46,681 bases of DNA from a virus. Taxonomy: Duplodnaviria; Caudoviricetes. The notes beneath the pieces were generated by a model. It saw only the letters and a list, made by a program, of their open reading frames with translations. It searched no databases and was not told where the DNA came from. How positions within the stretch are numbered: the stretch's first letter is position 1; every line of letters begins with the position of its first letter. A program made the position numbers and the translations under genes. This document shows positions 43,053 to 46,681 of this stretch, in pieces. The stretch spans positions 1 through 46,681 of the IMG/VR virus record IMGVR_UViG_3300037856_000060. One strand, written 5' to 3'.

Positions 43053-43690
43053 GGGGGCGGAAAATCCATTACAGCGAGGCGGAGTTGCTCTGGATCCGCG
43101 AGCACGGCCAGTTGCCGCGTGCAGAGGCTCATGCAGCCTTCGTCGAACAATTCGGTCGGTCAGATGTCTCGCTGACAAACTTCGCCAGCCTCTGCAAGCG
43201 CAGAGGTTGGACAACGGGACGCAATGGGCGCTTCGCACAAGGCCATAGCCCCGCAAACAAGGGGCGCAAGGGCCACAGCGCCCCTGGCAGCGAGAAAGGC
43301 TGGTTCAAGAAGGGCGAGCGCCAGGGAGTGGCCGTGCGGCTTTACAAGCCGATCGGGACCGAACGCGTCAGCCGGGACGGCTACATCGAACGCAAGATCC
43401 ATGATGGACTGCCGCTGCAATCCCGCTGGCGTGCGGTGCACCTGATCCGCTGGGAAGCAGAGAACGGGCCAGTTCCGCAGGGTCACTGCCTGAAATCTGT
43501 GGACGGCGACAGGACCAACACGGACCCGTCGAACTGGATCGCGGTACCCCGGGCACTCCTGCCGCGCCTTGCCGGCCGCTGGCGAGAAACTCCGTACGAC
43601 AGCGCACCGCCTGAATTGAAGCCGGTCCTTCTGACGATCGCCAGGCTCGCGCACGCCGCCCGCGAGAAACGGAAGGAAGCCGCAGGATGA
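43049..43690 (+). CDS. HNH-family endonuclease-like protein
   Basis: VHLIRWEAENGPVPQGH...DGDRTN..PSNW. Confidence 0.75.
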   Translation: MRGRKIHYSEAELLWIREHGQLPRAEAHAAFVEQFGRSDVSLTNFASLCKRRGWTTGRNGRFAQGHSPANKGRKGHSAPGSEKGWFKKGERQGVAVRLYKPIGTERVSRDGYIERKIHDGLPLQSRWRAVHLIRWEAENGPVPQGHCLKSVDGDRTNTDPSNWIAVPRALLPRLAGRWRETPYDSAPPELKPVLLTIARLAHAAREKRKEAAG

Positions 43691-44175
43691 AACTCCCCTA
43701 CGCTACCTCGATCGCCGGTCAGAATCGCGAAAAGGAAATCCGCACCACTCTTCGTGGCATCGGAGCGACCGCCGTGGGCTTCATGGTCGACGACGAGCGT
43801 GATGAGATCATTGCACAGTTTCGCCTGCGCGGGCGTGAAATCACGATCCCGGTCAGCGTCGCGGCGTATCAGGATGCCTGGCTGCATGCGAACCCGCACA
43901 CGTCGCGCATGAGATCGACACTCGCCCAACACCGCGCCAAGGCGCGCCAGCAGGCCGAGCGCGCGACGTGGGCCGTGTTGGCGGACTGGATCAAGGCCCA
44001 GGCCGCGATGATCGTTTGTGGCCTGCTCGATGCCGACACCGCCTTCCTGCCGCACATCCATCTGCCTGACGGCCGCACCGTACGCGAGGCGATCACGACG
44101 CCGGATTCACCGCTGGCCTTGCCCAAGCCTCGCGCCGATCACCAAGGCGAATGCAGGAGGGCTTCAGATGCCTGA
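43687..44175 (+). CDS. Hypothetical protein
   Basis: W.VLADWIKAQ...AFLPHI..PDGRTV; coupled overlaps. Confidence 0.68.
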   Translation: MKLPYATSIAGQNREKEIRTTLRGIGATAVGFMVDDERDEIIAQFRLRGREITIPVSVAAYQDAWLHANPHTSRMRSTLAQHRAKARQQAERATWAVLADWIKAQAAMIVCGLLDADTAFLPHIHLPDGRTVREAITTPDSPLALPKPRADHQGECRRASDA

Positions 44176-44320
44176 GTCATTTGAGGAAGACAGATGGGTG
44201 GCGCGCCTCGCGATCTGGCTCGTGCTGCTCGCGTTGCTCGGCATCGCTTTGGGCTTCGCCGCGCTCGCGGTCCACATGGTGGCGGTGGCAATCGGCAGCA
44301 TCCAGGGCATCGCGTGGTGA
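44168..44320 (+). CDS. Small membrane protein
   Basis: AGGAGG RBS; long hydrophobic segment. Confidence 0.55.
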   Translation: MPESFEEDRWVARLAIWLVLLALLGIALGFAALAVHMVAVAIGSIQGIAW

Positions 44321-44323
44321 CCC

Positions 44324-44539
44324 GTGGCGGATCGCTTCCTCCATGGCAACGGCTCGCCGTGCCCAACGTGCACCAGCAAAGGGCGCCTCCCTCTGCGAGG
44401 GGACTGGCCATGCAACGCAACGCGCCCATGCACGTCCTGCGATGGCACTGGCCGCGTCGCGCGCGCCCTCGAGGACATCGTCGCCGATCACGTCGAAGAA
44501 GCTCGGCGCAGCCACTGGCCGCCCAGCGCGGCGAACTGA
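44324..44539 (+). CDS. Small Cys-rich (CxxCxGxG) protein
   Basis: CPTC..KG and CTSCDGTG. Confidence 0.55.
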   Translation: MADRFLHGNGSPCPTCTSKGRLPLRGDWPCNATRPCTSCDGTGRVARALEDIVADHVEEARRSHWPPSAAN

Positions 44540-44554
44540 AGAAGGAGGTTCACA

Positions 44555-44899
44555 ATGGTCGTCAGCACCAGACCCACCAGGATTCAGCTGTCGCGGCAAG
44601 CTGGATGGCGAATGCCGCCGAACACAGTGAAAGTCGATCGATCTACGCTGTTCGGCAACCCTTTCACGATCGACGGGGCGCGGCGCGCAGGCTTCCGCGG
44701 CACCGACGAAGAACTGCGCGAGATGTGCGCGCGATGGTTTCGCAACAGCATGCTCAAGGATCTGCCGGCAACGAGGACGATCCGAAAGCGCGTCGCAGAA
44801 CTGCGCGGCAAGAACCTCGCCTGCTGGTGCAAGCCCGGCGCCCCTTGCCATGCCGACACACTGCTCGAGATGGCCAACAGCGAAGAGGCTTCGAAATGA
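44555..44899 (+). CDS. DUF4326-like protein
   Basis: VDRST.FGNPF and ELRGKNLACWC....CHADTLLE.AN. Confidence 0.8.
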   Translation: MVVSTRPTRIQLSRQAGWRMPPNTVKVDRSTLFGNPFTIDGARRAGFRGTDEELREMCARWFRNSMLKDLPATRTIRKRVAELRGKNLACWCKPGAPCHADTLLEMANSEEASK

Positions 44900-45513
44900 C
44901 CCAGAACATCTCCTCGGCCGTGATGCAGCGTCGCAGCGAACCACACGATAGCCTCGAGGACTTTCCGACGCCGCCATGGGCAACTCGAGCGTTGTGCGAA
45001 TGGATCGGTGCTTCGAACGCCTCTGGCCTTGTCTGCCGGGAACCCTCTGCAAATCGGGGCCACATGGTCTGGCCGCTGCGCGACTATTTCGCAGAGGTGA
45101 TAGCGAGCGATATCCATGACTATGGTGCGGGCTTCGATGTGCATGATTACCTGTTCGGTCCAGCGCCTGCCGCGACCCATTGGACCATTACAAACCCGCC
45201 ATTCAGGCTCGCAGAGGAATTCATTCGGCGCGCACTGGCGACCAGCACGCGGGGTGTCGCGGTCATTGTCCGAAGTGCGTTCCTGGAGGGCGTCGGGCGC
45301 TATCAGCGCCTCTTCAAGGCCACTCCACCCAGCCATGTGCTGCAGTTCACCGAGCGCGTCGTCATGCACAAGGGAAGGCTTTCGCAGAAGGGCAGCACAG
45401 CGACAGCATATTGCTGGCTTGTCTGGGATCGGGCCCTGCCTTGCTTCGCGCCACGGATCGAATGGATCGCGCCTTGCCGGAAGCGCCTCGAACGACCGGA
45501 GGATTACAAATGA
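44896..45513 (+). CDS. Small DNA methyltransferase (NPPF, likely N6-adenine)
   Basis: DFPTPPWATRAL, EPSANRGHM, ITNPPF, AYCWLVW. Confidence 0.85.
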   Translation: MTQNISSAVMQRRSEPHDSLEDFPTPPWATRALCEWIGASNASGLVCREPSANRGHMVWPLRDYFAEVIASDIHDYGAGFDVHDYLFGPAPAATHWTITNPPFRLAEEFIRRALATSTRGVAVIVRSAFLEGVGRYQRLFKATPPSHVLQFTERVVMHKGRLSQKGSTATAYCWLVWDRALPCFAPRIEWIAPCRKRLERPEDYK

Positions 45514-45695
45514 GCAAGCAATCCGCCCAGCGCCGCCGGCTTACTCCGGACGGCCTCGCCTCACTGCTCGCAAAGCTTCGAGATCAGGGTGTCCCTGTGG
45601 AACGAGCTACCCTCGCGCCCGACGGCACACTCGACCTCCTGCTCAAACCAGGCGAAGGCAGCGATCCATTTGACCTGGTGGACATGAAGCGATGA
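45510..45695 (+). CDS. Small protein at the excisionase position
   Basis: 61 aa with ATGA overlaps to the MTase and integrase genes. Confidence 0.55.
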   Translation: MSKQSAQRRRLTPDGLASLLAKLRDQGVPVERATLAPDGTLDLLLKPGEGSDPFDLVDMKR

Positions 45696-46681
45696 AGCGC
45701 GATCTTCCTGCTTTTGTCCAGTCGCGCAAGGGTGGCAAATACCTCTACTTCATCCGCCGGAACTGGCCAGCGATCCGGATCCACTCACAACCCGGCACTC
45801 CGGAATTCGCGGCGGAATACGCGCGGATCCTCAATGGTCAGACGCCCCCGCCACCAGGCCGCGGATTTCAGTCGTTGATCGCAAGTTACAAGCGCTCTCG
45901 CAGGTTCACGAAGCTCGCGCCGCGCACCCGCCAGGATTACGACAAGGTGCTTGCCTTCATCGAAGAGAAGCTCGGGGCGCTACCGGCCGACAAGATGCGC
46001 CGAAAGGACGTCGTGCGGCTGCGCGACACAAACGCCGCGACGGTGCGTTTCGCGAACTACTGTGTCCAGGTCCTGCGCGTCTTGTTCGAACATGCGCGCG
46101 ACGAAGGGTGGCGCGAGGACAATCCGGCCAAGGGCGTCCCTCTACTGACGAGCGAGGGAAAGCTTCGGCAGCCCTGGCCGCAGGAAGCGATCGAGGATTT
46201 TCGTGCGGCAGCTCCCGTGGGCACGCGCGCCCGGCTGGTGTTCGATCTTCTGCACGGCACCGGGCAGCGCATTGGCGATGTCCTGCGGATGCGGTGGGAT
46301 GACATCGAGGACGGCGGACTCTGGGTGCGGCAGGGCAAGACCGGTGCGCGCCTTTGGGTGCCGCTGACGCCGACGCTGGCCGCGACGCTCGCTGCAACTC
46401 CGCGCGCCGGCATGACGATCCTCGTCGGTGCCAATCGCCGTCCGCTTTCATATCGCGCTGCTCATGATGCGGTCATGAAGATCCGGAAACAGATCGATGC
46501 CGAGACGCACGACCTCCACGCACTGCGCTATTCCGCGGCGTCAGAACTGGCCGCGGCCGGCTGCACGGACGAGCAGATCGAGTCCATCACCGGTCACGCA
46601 ACCGTTGCGATGATCCGCCGATATGCGGGCCCAGCGCGGCAGAAAGCGCGCGCGACAGAGGCGCAGAGGACGCGGAAGTGA
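45692..46681 (+). CDS. int: Tyrosine integrase
   Basis: Catalytic set GQRIGD (R), QGKTG (K), HALR, TGH, RRY. Confidence 0.93.
   Translation: MKRDLPAFVQSRKGGKYLYFIRRNWPAIRIHSQPGTPEFAAEYARILNGQTPPPPGRGFQSLIASYKRSRRFTKLAPRTRQDYDKVLAFIEEKLGALPADKMRRKDVVRLRDTNAATVRFANYCVQVLRVLFEHARDEGWREDNPAKGVPLLTSEGKLRQPWPQEAIEDFRAAAPVGTRARLVFDLLHGTGQRIGDVLRMRWDDIEDGGLWVRQGKTGARLWVPLTPTLAATLAATPRAGMTILVGANRRPLSYRAAHDAVMKIRKQIDAETHDLHALRYSAASELAAAGCTDEQIESITGHATVAMIRRYAGPARQKARATEAQRTRK

Larger units (their letters stand above)
1..46681. mobile_element. Lambda-like temperate prophage (apparently complete gene set; exact boundaries not visible)
   Basis: Integrase, cI/cro switch, replication, cos, terminase, portal, capsid, tail and lysis modules in a coherent order. 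att sites were not found, and whether 1-2281 lies inside the prophage is inferred. Confidence 0.93.

Overview
The window is essentially one large lambda-like siphoviral prophage in a high-GC host that is probably an alphaproteobacterium (Rhodobacterales-like), judged from the GapR-like, GcrA-like and RcGTA spike-like genes. Order from left to right: a two-gene ParB-like/HEPN-like plus Dam-like methyltransferase cassette (candidate defence moron); lysis genes (spanins, endolysin, holin); head-spike, tail-fibre and tail genes; a lambda-type head and packaging module; an oppositely oriented cluster of small genes with a duplicated 91-bp leader and a DUF3489-like gene; two tandem ParB-MTase genes; a recognisable lambda-like cos site; an arsR-acr3-arsC-arsH operon; the replication/early operon with an iteron origin packed with GANTC sites; a WYL-TerB moron; the cro/cI switch with operators; a lipoprotein; the second early operon; and excisionase/integrase at the right edge. 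No att sites, tRNA, rRNA or CRISPR array could be identified. All family assignments come from motif recognition and gene context, not from database searches.
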